Positions 9,606-21,969 of a stretch of DNA of 64,000 nt are shown here, one piece after another. Position numbers and translations under genes: made by a program. Source of the DNA: Hamiltosporidium tvaerminnensis FI-OER-3-3 (lineage: Eukaryota > Fungi > Microsporidia). The notes under the pieces were generated by a model, which saw only the letters and a list, made by a program, of their open reading frames with translations, was not told the origin of the DNA and did no database searches. The stretch spans positions 620,001 to 684,000 of the forward strand of contig CM061246.1 of assembly GCA_022605425.2 (NCBI GenBank), in the 5' to 3' direction. The first letter of the stretch is position 1. Each line of letters opens with the position of its first letter.

Positions 9606-11992
9606 CACAAATATACCATTACACGTCACATCCAAATCACACACAATTGACTCGTTGAGTCCATAACTTAATCCCGATGAATAAAGCAGCACAAGAAACC
9701 AAAGTAACAACGGAAAACCTCCAAATCTGCATCAGAGCAGTAACCATATGTAACACCAATTTGTTACTTGAACATGTCAAAGTAACTAGAACACCATATC
9801 GATTTGATCATTGATCTAAATCACGTGAATTAACAACTAAGTTAATGATTCGAAAGTACGTTTGTAGATCAATTTGATTAGATCAACTTGATTTCTACGG
9901 TTACATGCAATTGTAATTTCTGGTTGATTTGTCTCATTCTTAGTGTTTTTTATTGACATTTTAATTCTCATATGATTTGGGGTAAACAGTTCTATAAATA
10001 ACATCCTTTATATACGAAAAAAATAATTTTCACAGTAATTTTAACACCAAATCAATTTTTTTAAAAATATTTAGAGAATATAACACCCATAAAAAATAAA
10101 ATCAATCAATCAACTTACTTCTAATATAAAGAATTCTAAATATGTTAAATTATTTCAAATTTCTTTTCTTACCCATTCTCTACTAACGAATCATATATCT
10201 AAAAAAGAAAAAATACTAAACATCAAATTTTTCTTTTGTGTATATAAATATCACATTCGTTAATATTTAACTCCAAGAAGATGTTCTATTTAAAAAAATT
10301 GTTTTCTATTTCCAGGTTTTTCCTTCGAACATACAACGGTTAAGAATTTTTTTATAAATTAAAAAAGTATTTTATCATGTTAAATATATCAAAAGATCTT
10401 TTTTTAATCAAATTTATTTAGAATGATATTGATATATCATAAATATTAGAAAAATGAAATTTCTTATTTAGAACGAAGAATCAAATTTTAAAAAATGCTT
10501 TACAAGTGGTATTTTTGGTTTATAAATTCAAAAATTTTAAAGGTACCTGTTCAGTAATAAATATGGTTTTTAGTACATAAAAATTCTCTGAAAAATACAA
10601 ATTGAAGATCTGCATATTATTCATAGTTTTAATAACTCTATACTTCCAAAATACATTACTGTCTAAAAAAAACTAATATTTACTCCTTGGAAACTTACTA
10701 TATTTCTAAGGATTTAAAATATGATTTAAAATTTATATAATTTTAGTTCTATCGTTGATTTTTCTAAAACCAATATTATTTCATTATTTATAGTTTCATA
10801 ATTCTACTTCATAAAATTATTTTCAAAATATTATATCATATTTATATATCGAGTAAAAAATGAACCTTCTAAAAATTATATTTGGTTTCATTTCTATATT
10901 TCTTGTATATGAACATAAGTTATAGCTATTTCTTTTATTCTGCACTAAATTTTGAAAATATAACTTTAAAATTACTCTTTTTTATACCAGTTTTTTAGTA
11001 TTCGAGTTTAGTAATATTTTGTTAATCCTTTTACTGATATATTTAAACCTGTATTTTAAACAGACATTTCTTGTGGTTTTTAATACTTCTAGGACAAACT
11101 AATATTACTCTACATTTTATACTTAAAATTAAGCAAGATTTTTTTCCTTTTGATTCTAAATTATTATTACAGAATCTATATTTTAATAACATTAAGTTAT
11201 ACATTATTTTTCTACTTTAACACAATAATAATTTCGGAATTTATAGTTGTAGATTCTTATATAACTGCATTAGCAAAGATATTTTTCCATTTGTTTTATT
11301 ATTCCGGTTTTTTAAACCAAATTAATTTCTACTTTTAGAATTTGCAAATAATAAAAATTTAATTAAATAATAAGATGGTTTATAAGTATAAATGTTATTG
11401 TAATTTCTAAAGTATATTTCATTATATTGTTTTTTATCAATTAACAGAAACTTAGTTTTTTTAAAAGCTGAATTTTTTATTTATTCCCTTCAAATTTTTT
11501 AAAATACTATTTTTTTAGAATTTCTATTTAATAAAATTCTGGATTAAAATGGTTTGCAATTTTTATGCATTTGCTTCTACCTCTACCACAGATGTTTCTT
11601 CTTCCAAATCAGACTTTTCATTTATATTTATCTCAGTTCCTCTAAAGTGATTCTGTTTTTTTAGAATAAAGATAAGTTTTTTAATATATCTACGATACAT
11701 TTGAAAATATAATTAATTCATAAATATTTTTCTTTATTAGTCAAAATTTTATATCACTTTAAAATGTTTAGATTCTAATCTGTTACCCTTTGCCTCTCTG
11801 ATAATAAAATTCTTTTATATAAATGTTCTCTATATTTTTAGAAGTATTTAACTTTTCCATTAAAATTTTTAGAACATATAAAATTTTGGATTTAAATAAG
11901 AATCTCATAATATTTACGGCATGTTTTGCGAAATTTCATTTAGTAACATTTTGTTTGAAAACTCATTTTTTTAATTTTATTCTATTTTCGAA

Positions 11993-12729
11993 GTGGAGGG
12001 AGGATAACCACATAAAAAACTTTCTGCTTGGCAATGAGTGTGTGAAACTGATTGGGGATCATTGTTTGGATTTTTGGTGGGAATACAACCACACTACATC
12101 TTCGGCTGTTATATGGGAGTTTTTATGAGGAGGAGAAGTCTAATAAATGGAGAAACTTTTTCTACAAATTTATTTGTAGTTTTTTATGTAACCAGATTGC
12201 AGACCGCAGCTGAACATGTAGGTAATCGCCATGTAAAAGCATGGAAACCTAGCCTTGCTCACTCGGGTTAGAAGACTTAGCGCCCGGGAGATATAAAAAT
12301 AAAACCCATTAAAAGCCGGGAGAGCTAAGTAGCAGGTTATACCTGTTGGTATGACATTGCACTGTCTAGGTGGACCCCATGTAAGTCTCTGAAATATATC
12401 TTAGCTAGAAGTTTATTGGGTTCAGAAAGTGTAGAGTAAGTGGGAATGCTGCATAGTCTTGGGGGAGCCCAGGGGGGGCTTCGGCCTTCGATCACACTCC
12501 ATGCAACGGACATTAACGAACTCCGGGCAACTGCCTCGCCTATTAATTAGGTTCTACACACCTGGTAGATGAAAGGCTTTGGGACGTAGGTATCGCAGGG
12601 GTTACTGATGGAGTTTTGGGGTAGCAGTTATTTATGTTAAACCTAGAACTGCGTTAATGTCATAAAAACAAATATAACACTTGCCACTATTTTAAAAAAG
12701 ATGTGATACTTTTAAATAAAGTATCTTAA
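11993..12729 (+). mobile_element. Long (~730 bp) non-coding SINE-like retroposon, copy A
   Basis: Near-identical to copies B, C, D; TSD ATTCTATTTTCGAA at 11979-11992 and 12730-12743; tail TTTTAAATAAAGT. Confidence 0.9.
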
Positions 12730-15700
12730 ATTCTATTTTCGAATGTTTAGAAATTACAGTATTAATAAACTTAAAGTGTGGATAAATAACGGAATTCAAA
12801 ACAGGTACAGGGACTAAAAATTAAATTTTAACAACAAGTGAATCAAAACTGTAATGTGGTAGAATAAAGTAATAACAAACATAATACATAAATATCCAGA
12901 ATCAAATAATTTATTTCTCTATTAACTGCATTTCGTTTAGATTTTTTTGGGTTTTATGATCACTAATAGCCATAGGTCTGTAGACTCTATTTATTGTACA
13001 TTCAACAAAAAAATAAACCTAATATTTAAATAATTCTCTTAACCTAGGTTCTTTGATATAATTTTTGAATCTGTAATTAAGGCTTTTATAATCTCATCTA
13101 ATTTTTTAAAGTATATTTTTTAATATTTCATACCTGCATTTATAGCTATAGCTTAGCAATTTCCTAATAAAATTTCTGAATATTTTATACATAAAATATT
13201 TTTCCTTTCTTGTTTTATAAGTCTTTAAATTTATATCAGCTATAGATTCTTTATTTTCTTTTTTTTTAAATAATTTTATCATTTATTTGCACCTCTTCTC
13301 TTTACTTTTCGGTATTATTAAACTGTATCAAGTATTCATTTGTCTATATTTTTTTTCTAATATAATTATTTTTTTATTATTCAATGGAATAATCTATAAC
13401 TTAAAAGTAACATTTATGGAAAATCGTTTAATTTAATTACGTATAAAATTCCTTTATAAATTTAAGCACAATTCTTTCATTTAATTATTATTGAAGATAT
13501 AAATATATTGTAAAAATAATGGTCTTTAAAAAAATTATTCTATTATACAATTGTTTGGATACTTGTAAAAGAATTTAAGAAAGAACTACTAATGAAGATC
13601 TAAAAAAAACGATTTTTTCGAAATAAGATTAAAATTAAATAAAAGTAGAAAAATTGATCTATAATGGTATTCAAAAGATGTAAGAAATTCAGAAATGTTG
13701 TTTAACAATAGTTGATGAGTATTTTTTTGAACAGATTAAATATTTCTAGACTTTTCGAGTTCTACCTCTGCACACTAGTATTGGTTCTGTAAAATTTATG
13801 AACATATCACAAGATTCATATTCTTAATCAAACAATATCATTGGTTTTTTTAATTTTTACAACCAATTAAACACTTTTAGGTAATTCTCCGTCGTTATAT
13901 TACTCGATTTTAAAATAGAAATCTCGATCAACCAATAAACTTTTGAGGAATCGTTTATTTTTATTTTGATTTTTTAATACTTCACTTTCTAAAAAGTCGG
14001 AACAATTTTTTTGATCGACGAAGAGGAGTTTTGTCAAGACTAAATACAGCTTAAAATATAGAAATAGCACTTTCAAATGTAATATAAAACCAGAGAGGCA
14101 AGTGCAGTCTATACTCGCTTTTAAAATATGTAAAAGTCATAAAGAAAGTGTTAAATCAATTATAGATCAAAATTTGAAACATGTATTTTATAAAAATAAA
14201 ATTACAGCGAATAATCAGCTAAAAAATAAATATGAAGCATATATGAAAGAGGAAGATAAATCAGATAATTTATTCATGGTAAAGAAAACTAACCAGGCTA
14301 AGTTACCTTAGATATGCCGAGTATTTAAAAGGATGTATGTGTCTAATCGCGACGGTCGAAGACTCTCTGTTCACCCCAAAGCTAGATAGCTAGATGATGT
14401 ATAAAAATATCTTGAGCCTTGTTGTAGACGAATTTAAACGCGAGGCGCTTTATCTTGACAGGGGGAGGTTTATAATAAATCACGCTAGGGCTCTTAATGA
14501 GCGGTAACCTATTGAGTGAGTAAGTAAAGACAAATAACACTTAAAAAAATCTTTAAAAAATTTCAAAATTGTTCAATAAATTTTTAAATAAATTGATTAA
14601 TAGTTTCTTATAAAGTTTATATTCTATTTAACAGAACAAAGTCGAAGGACTTTGAATTTTTATTTGTTTTTTCTTTAAGTTCATTACCTTTTTGATTAAA
14701 TAAAATTCTTTTTGGTTATTTTGAATTATATTTGCACATCGTATTTTTGTTTCAAAAATTTCTTAGCTAAACGTCTGATATTTAGTAAAACATTTTTTAA
14801 ATGAATGAATTTAAACTTTACATCAAGAAATTCATGACTATCGATATGTTTTTGCACCTTATGATTTTTAAAAACAATTTAAATTTTTACTTCTATATCT
14901 TAGAACAGATAAAATTCATATAAAATAAAACTCATCACTTTCATTTTCAATCTTAATATTAAATTTTTCTCCAGTTTTAAGTCATATCAAATTAAACCTA
15001 TCTGGTTTCGTGCTGACTCCTAATATTAATTTTTCCAGTTTTAAGTCATAGAAAACGTTAAATCCAGGAACAGAATAAATATAAAATTAACAACTTAATT
15101 TTATCTGCAAGACATTCCTATTTTAAAATAAGTTGTTTAATATTCAACATAGTTCTAAGCCTTGTTAAAAATTTAAAATTGTGCATGATATTACGAAAAA
15201 AATCTCATATTTATAAAAATTTCATCTCCTTCGAATAATCATCAAATACGAAAAAAAGCTCTTCTCTGTATGAATATTTGTTTCTTATTCCAATTTTGTT
15301 CGTTAAAGCATTAAAGTCAATTTCTGACTTATCTATTCTGTCTCTAATATTAAGATAAATTGTTCTATAAACAGTGTAAGGAAATATGTAATATGTAAGC
15401 TTCACACTAAAAATTTTAAATGTTAATAAATATGCAAAAGATCAATATATTATATTTATTTTTCGGCTATGTTGTACATCTATCACTTTATTACAAATAA
15501 AAACCTTTGTTCATAAGGTTTTTTCTTAATATTTATTCTTTCATTGAACTCTTTTTACTCTTAGAGTAGAAAATGATCTAAGAGTGAATCATAACTTCAC
15601 AATTTTTATTATTGAAAAGTTCCTTGTAAATTTTTTCGTAAATTGATTTGGTGGCTAATTTAATGCAAATCTTGTTCTTATGAAGAATTTAGATTGTAAA

Positions 15701-17689
15701 AACTGCTTATTTAATGACAGTGCTTCAGATATATGTTCTTAAAACTCTGAGAATAGGTGTTTATAACTATATTTTGCTGTTTAATCTAATATTTATGATT
15801 TTATCATGCATCCTCATGTTTCTAAAGCAATTCTACACATTATCTTACAATGTAATGTCGTCCTTCTGTTTTTTAATATATCGATAGTTAAATCAAAATA
15901 TTAAAAAATAAAAAACTAAGGAAAAAAAGCTTTATATTTGAAAATATATCTAGAATATTTTATAGCATCAATTTCATGTAAAGTGTTTATTAGTCTAAAT
16001 TTTGCATTAATTGTTGTCACATTTAGCAGATGCTTTTATTATATTTATTAGATATAGTCATATATTTGTTTCTTTTTTTGAAAATATTCAACATTATAAA
16101 AAATTTAAATGTTAAAAAATTTCCCTGTATAATAATATAATCAAAACATGATTAATTCCTACATTTTATCTTGCTTTTGAACACAATAGATCGATATATA
16201 TTTTTTTGTTGCTTGAATCATATGCATTCTTTTAATTTCAATAAATTTATGAGTATCGAAAACGTTTGTATTTAAATCTTTGAATATGAACGAGTGGTTA
16301 TCATTATTATACTTTGATCTCTTAAGTTACGTTGCAAAGTCATTCTAATGTTTTTGAAGTAGTTAATTCTCTATATATATATTTACTCTATCTAATATAA
16401 CGGTCTAACCTCATATTTATATTCTTTCCACAAAAAATTTGCCGAGTCTATTTGGAAATATCGCATTCTATTATAGAGCAAGGTTTTAAACTTCATGAAT
16501 CTTTCCCTCTATCTTCATATTTAATTACTTTATATTCTATCTAAGATGGTCGACCGAGGCGTTCAATTCGTTTCGTATTTGGCTAGAGCCATCTATTCTA
16601 GCATTTTTATCGTTTTTTATTGTTTAGCGGGTTTTTTATAATTGTTATATTATATTATGTTCATTTTTAGTTCATTATAGATAAATTTATTCAGGATCAA
16701 TATTTTAAAATAGATTGGACTTTATTAACACAGTACTATTAAAAATAAATCGAGGTTTTAAATTTTTTTATCCTTTGATCGACAAAGAGGACTTAAGTTT
16801 GAATCAAATGCCTAGGAGAGCTGGGAAAGAGCTTGAAACATGTGTTATTAAGAGAGTTGGGATTCACGGGGAACTAACACTTAAATTAAAACAAGCTGGT
16901 AATGAGGAAGATAGTGTAAAACACTTTAAGCCAAAAAATCATCAACTACTTATTTCAGGTTTAGTATTACATTAGAGGAACTGACAATAAACATAAATGA
17001 AGATTCTGATTTAAGAGAAGAAAAGATGGTGGTAAAAAAGGTAGAAGAAAATGCATACAGGTTTGAACGAAGTTTTAACCCATAAATTTATAGCTTAATG
17101 ATAAATTTTTGTACAGTTATGAATTTCTTGTAAGTCTTAAAATTTACGCTTGGTATAAATTTAAATTTTGCAATCTTCACATTTGTAATAAATTGGCTAA
17201 TTAAATGATCTTCGATTTATTGTAATTTATACTTCGACTGATATATAGTGTAGAATTTTTAATGTAATCGTTATGACTTTAAATACTTCAAAAAATAAAG
17301 CTTGAAGTATAAATGTGACTTCTAAGGACGTCAGGACACAATCGACTTTATTTAAACGTTCAATAAACCATGTACGTACATTTATTTGGGTCGATTTTTC
17401 CTTAAGAAGTTACATTTTTATAATTCTTCAAACCTTTTAAATATTTTATCTTAAATGATTGTAAAAAAATAATTTACATTCGTAGAATACTTGATAATCT
17501 TTAAGAAATTAAAAGATAAAAATATTTCTATTATACAGGAAAAATGGATTTCATAAATCATTAAATAATCTGAATATTTAAAAGTTTGTCCCTTTTTTCA
17601 TTGATAGGAGAAAAAAATTTGGAGATACGACAGTTATAAATAATACTGTTCTGTAACGAACTTCAAAATAAATAATATTTATTTTTAAA

Positions 17690-17903
17690 CTTACATACTT
17701 AATCGTTTACCTCTTTATCTTGAAATGAACAAATAAAAGTTTTCCATTTGTTACTTTAAATCTGTTCTAACTCGGGATTATTAAAGATTTTTCTATAAAT
17801 TCAAGGTGATTATAATTAACACAATGGCGGCAATGGTTTTCACATGAGTTGTACACACTCATCGCCAAGAGGACAATTTTTGTACAGCCTTACTCTCTCC
17901 GCT
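17690..17903 (-). mobile_element. Short SINE-like element (shared head, TAAG-type tail), degenerate
   Basis: Aligns by eye to 32040-32263 and 37087-37311. Confidence 0.6.
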
Positions 17904-18594
17904 TCTATTTTGATAACACAGAACAGTATCGTAACAAATATCATATTATCAACTAAAAATACTCTATTTTCTTGTGGGAATAAGACCATAAATTCTCACA
18001 AATTTTTTTTCTTTAAAAAAATGATTTGTAAGTATATATTTTAGGCTATGAAGAGGATTAGATCCGAGGCCAAACTCACATGTGAGATGCTAAATGCATC
18101 ATTGAATACCCTTAAAAAGTTGTGTTTTATAAACAACCCCACACCGACCAGATCTTGGAGTCATTGAGAATAAATTTTTAAACGAAAATTACCTTATTTG
18201 ATGAATCTTGATTTCCAGATATAATAGGACTGAAAAAAGTTCCTCAAAACATAAAAAGTGGACCGAATATAAATCAGTTAGAATTTGGAAAAAAACTAAA
18301 ACAAAGCCTTTAAACAGAAAATAGCCCTATTAAAAAAGTAAATATAAATATTTCTCTCAAATTCATAAATTTCAAAGTTTTAAAAACTTTTATTATTAAA
18401 TCAGTAGAAGTGTTTGCTAAAAATAATTTTGCAATTTTCTTATATTATTAAAAAAAAATAGAAGTACAGACTTTGATAATAATTGTCAGTTTTAGTTTAA
18501 TATTTTTTAAAAAATGTTTACAATCCAATGATTATTAAAAACTTTAATTGTTGGTTACAAATTTATGTTTATTTTTTAAAAATTTAAATTTATT

Positions 18595-19419
18595 TTATTC
18601 TTCTGGTAAAATGTATTTTTCATTCTTTTTGTTTTTTCGTTTTTTAATGTCTTTTTTATCATCTAAAAAATACTCACCGGTTTCTATAAGCTTATCTAAA
18701 TTACTTTTTGGTGGTGGAAGAGGCATTTTATCGTTCTTTTCTTTTTTATCAATCTTAGATTTTCTATTTTTTTGTTTCTTAGCTTTGATTTGTGGGAAAT
18801 AGATATTCCAATCTAAATCTTTCTTACTTTTATCATTTTGCAATTCCTTAAATGTAATAAGCTTCTTTATGAGATATACGGGATGTATATTTTCGTAAAA
18901 ACAACTATCCACAACAGATACAACCTGTGTAACTCCTTTAAAAGGACCCACAATTGAGATTGTGTCTGTTTGTAATACAATATGGCAATCTGTCAGCATT
19001 CTCAAAGCTTTCAGAGTAACATCATTTGGTCCTACTAATCTTGCTTTCCTTTTCAAAAATACTTCTTTTTTTAATTCTTTTGGGACAATAATTTCAGAAG
19101 TAAACCCGTCTTTAAGTATTAAAGAAGCTTCATTTAAATTCATTCCACGTGCAATAAGTTTTAGCATATCTCTTCCTTTTATTATTATATATGGGTCTCT
19201 GGTTTTATTGGTTGTAGAAACTGTAAAATATCTTTCGGAATAATTTATATCCAATGAAAGTTTTATTTCTTGCAGTTTTTCTTGAAGTAATTTCTCATTT
19301 GTTTTTAAATATTCTTCTCTGTACCGTGGCCACATTACTGTAAACTCACTTTGTTCCAAAAAATTGTGTTTAAAATCTTTTTCATTAAATTCTACTTCGA
19401 TATTTTCTTTTAGTGCCAT
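18595..19419 (-). CDS. KRR1: KH-domain SSU processome protein Krr1
   Basis: F.V.WPRYRE.YL, STT.KTRDPYIIIKGRD, RLVGPN..TLKAL..LT.C, NIHPVY.IK, PLPPPKS.LD..IETGEYFL; CCC motif before ATG. Confidence 0.95.
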   Translation of the reverse strand: MALKENIEVEFNEKDFKHNFLEQSEFTVMWPRYREEYLKTNEKLLQEKLQEIKLSLDINYSERYFTVSTTNKTRDPYIIIKGRDMLKLIARGMNLNEASLILKDGFTSEIIVPKELKKEVFLKRKARLVGPNDVTLKALRMLTDCHIVLQTDTISIVGPFKGVTQVVSVVDSCFYENIHPVYLIKKLITFKELQNDKSKKDLDWNIYFPQIKAKKQKNRKSKIDKKEKNDKMPLPPPKSNLDKLIETGEYFLDDKKDIKKRKNKKNEKYILPEE

Positions 19420-19902
19420 TTTTTTGGGTTAAAATATTTGTTTCTTTTATATTTTCTGATTGAATTAAAATCGTTAAAATTAACCGTTTTTTTAAGAATA
19501 AGCAATTATTAAATCTTAATATTTATTCAAGTTATATGCTTCATTCTTATAATCAATTCATTGCTTCTTTTTACCTCACCATTTTTTCCTCTGTACAAAT
19601 CAAAATAAGAAAAAAAAGTAAATAACTTGTTTTAAAATGATTTCTCAATTAATTTCAGCAAAATTCATTTTTTTCTATTTAAATTCGTACAGATAAATGA
19701 TTTTTCTACATTAATTAAACATTAGTTTTAAATTCTAAATATTTAATCTTAGCACTTTAAAAAAATAATATGATTTCTCTTAGATGTACAGAGGTAAACC
19801 ATTTAATCCTTTTATATAACTATATGTCATATACCAAGAGAATACTAGCAATAATGCAAATTATAAGTTTTTACTTCCCCATATTACTTATAACATAAAA
19901 AA

Positions 19903-19914
19903 TTTATCCCTTTA
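19903..19914 (+). promoter_or_regulatory. Microsporidian CCC-type start-proximal motif (representative instance)
   Basis: CCC within ~10 nt of the ATG in KRR1, this gene, NMT1, RNA15, thioesterase, SulP, RPL12, SDA1 and the 31570 ORF. Confidence 0.8.
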
Positions 19915-20484
19915 ATGACTCAAAATCGCTCAACGATTTGCATTTCTAATTTTCCAGACAAAGTCACAGAACATCAAATATTAGAAATTTTTAAACATTT
20001 CGGAAAAATATTGAATGTATTTTCAGATATAAATACAATATATATAACTTATTCAGAATATAGTTCTGCTTCATGTGCTATTTCTCTAAACAAAACAATT
20101 ATTGGAAATAAAAAAATTTTAGTTCAATTTGCCGATGAAAGTAATATAAATTTCAAGAAAAATAAAAAAAAAATTATCGATAATCATAATTTATGTTCAG
20201 AAAGTTGTCAAAATATTGAAAATATACATTCTGATAACAAAAATATTTCTCGATATCTCGTATTAAATAATTTTTATGATAAAAATGAGCCAGATTCACT
20301 TATTGATCTTCAAAACGAGTGTTTAAAATATGTAAATGAAATTTGTATTCAGTTTGAAAATGATTATGTTGTTGTAGAATGTCAGAATATTAAAGATGCA
20401 AAGAAATTGTTTAATGTATTACATACCAGATGGTATAACAATAGAAGAGTTTATTGTAAGTTTAAAAAATCAATTGAAAATTAA
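19915..20484 (+). CDS. RRM plus UHM splicing-factor-like protein (RBM39/PUF60/U2AF65 type)
   Basis: N-terminal RRM (ICISNFP, FKHFGKI, YITY); C-terminal UHM-like LVLNN...DLQNECLKY...LHTRWYNNRRV. Confidence 0.7.
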   Translation: MTQNRSTICISNFPDKVTEHQILEIFKHFGKILNVFSDINTIYITYSEYSSASCAISLNKTIIGNKKILVQFADESNINFKKNKKKIIDNHNLCSESCQNIENIHSDNKNISRYLVLNNFYDKNEPDSLIDLQNECLKYVNEICIQFENDYVVVECQNIKDAKKLFNVLHTRWYNNRRVYCKFKKSIEN

Positions 20485-20822
20485 TTTGGTGAATTCCAAT
20501 ATGGGTTGTCTGGTTTATTTGCAAATATAAGATAGTCTGTTCGTGTATAGAAAATGTTTTTTTCATTTATTAATTAAAAAAAATTGATGAATTCAAACAC
20601 ATAAAAAAGTGCTGTAAAGTATATGATTTGAGAAACAAAAAAATCATTGAAGTATTTTTAGTTGGGTAGTATATTAAAAAATATTGGTCAATTTTTAGTT
20701 AAGTAAGAATAAAAAATTTTGGTTAAAGAGTTCAAGTTTTAGAAAAAAATCTAGTAAAAAATAGTTATTTACGTAGGAATAAAGAAATTCAACATTGAAA
20801 AAATCAATCAAAATATTTTAAT

Positions 20823-21929
20823 TTACGGAAGAATAAAAAATATTTTCTCATTTTCAATCGATTTTGTTTTCCAATTGAAAAAATAGTAGTTCAAAACACC
20901 ATTTCCCGGCAAAAAATTCAAATCTTCTAAAAAAAGTTCATTTTTCATAATTAAGAGCGAATTTACTAAATCACATCCCTGGTTTTTAGCTTCTGATATC
21001 ATTTCTTGCATAATCGTAGTTGTATTGTCAGTAGAATAATAAAAAATATACGCTGTCTTGACTTTTATACGTAAATCTTTTACTAGTAACGAATTAATTA
21101 CAAAAAAACTAAAAAATTCTTTGATTTCTCCCTCTTCTTCGTTTACGTATGTATAAAAAATATTTTCTCTGTTTTTAAAATTGTATTCAAAATCTTTAAA
21201 ATCATAAACTTGATATAAATCGTATTTTTTACATTCTTGTTTGTACAGCTCAAAAACCTTTGGTAAATCACCATTTTGCATTTGTCTGATTCCTGGGCGT
21301 ATTTTGTAATTTATTTGGAAATATTCAATCATTTCGTTTTCATCTTCTGGTTTCACACAAAATTCAACATCAATCAATTTTTTAGTATTTATTGGTCGAT
21401 GATAATATCTAGATGAGGCAAAATCAAATGGAAGTTTTTTACCGCTGGTAAAAATGGCATGAAATATCCCATTTAAATTTGCTCTTCGAGTCAACTCTTG
21501 TATTATTACCGGTGCAAGTCTCTGATTTCGTAGATTTCTATCGATACATAAAAAATTTACAGACAAAAAATTTTCAACTTTGTCAGATACACAAAGTATA
21601 AGTTCTTTTCCAAGCGCAAATCCAACTAGTTTGGTTTGGTGTAATAAACAAACAGCATATTCCGGCTTTGCCTTTGGATCGTTGAGTTGCCATGCTAAAA
21701 AATCTCTAGAATATTCTAACCTGAAATCAGATGCAAGATCCTCAACATAATTCTCTTTAAGTAATAAATAGAGAGCATTAATATCTTTTTCAAAATTAAA
21801 AGTTTTAAAAACGAAAGGATCTGGCAATTTAATTGGTTCTTTTCTGATTTCTTCTGGCACCTGAATTGTTCCGTTTCCTTCACCTACTTTAATTGGCTGT
21901 GTACTCCAAAAATTATGACTGTTAGACAT
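20823..21929 (-). CDS. NMT1: Glycylpeptide N-myristoyltransferase
   Basis: HNFWSTQP, ENYVED...FRLEYS, VNFLCI...R..RLAPVIIQELTRR, YYHRPIN, GNGVLNYYFFNW; start moved to ATG 21929, preceded by CCCC. Confidence 0.97.
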   Translation of the reverse strand: MSNSHNFWSTQPIKVGEGNGTIQVPEEIRKEPIKLPDPFVFKTFNFEKDINALYLLLKENYVEDLASDFRLEYSRDFLAWQLNDPKAKPEYAVCLLHQTKLVGFALGKELILCVSDKVENFLSVNFLCIDRNLRNQRLAPVIIQELTRRANLNGIFHAIFTSGKKLPFDFASSRYYHRPINTKKLIDVEFCVKPEDENEMIEYFQINYKIRPGIRQMQNGDLPKVFELYKQECKKYDLYQVYDFKDFEYNFKNRENIFYTYVNEEEGEIKEFFSFFVINSLLVKDLRIKVKTAYIFYYSTDNTTTIMQEMISEAKNQGCDLVNSLLIMKNELFLEDLNFLPGNGVLNYYFFNWKTKSIENEKIFFILP

Positions 21930-21969
21930 AAAAGGGGTTTTATATTTTTTATTTATAATTTCATAAATC

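Noticed and set aside
12200-12260. Hammerhead ribozyme (stem followed by GAAA) in the long repeat
   Set aside because: No CUGANGA before the stem; the CTGATG at ~12605 is not conserved in other copies; the LINE 3' UTR junction also lacks GAAA
12038-12271. 77-aa ORF inside the long repeat (also 28554-28787)
   Set aside because: GTG start, no motif, frameshifted in copy D and not called in copy C, so not a conserved protein
10250-17650. Possible decayed LTR-retrotransposon or transposase fragments (e.g. IERLNK near 17350, minus strand)
   Set aside because: Only isolated short motifs; cannot delimit or classify without a translated search
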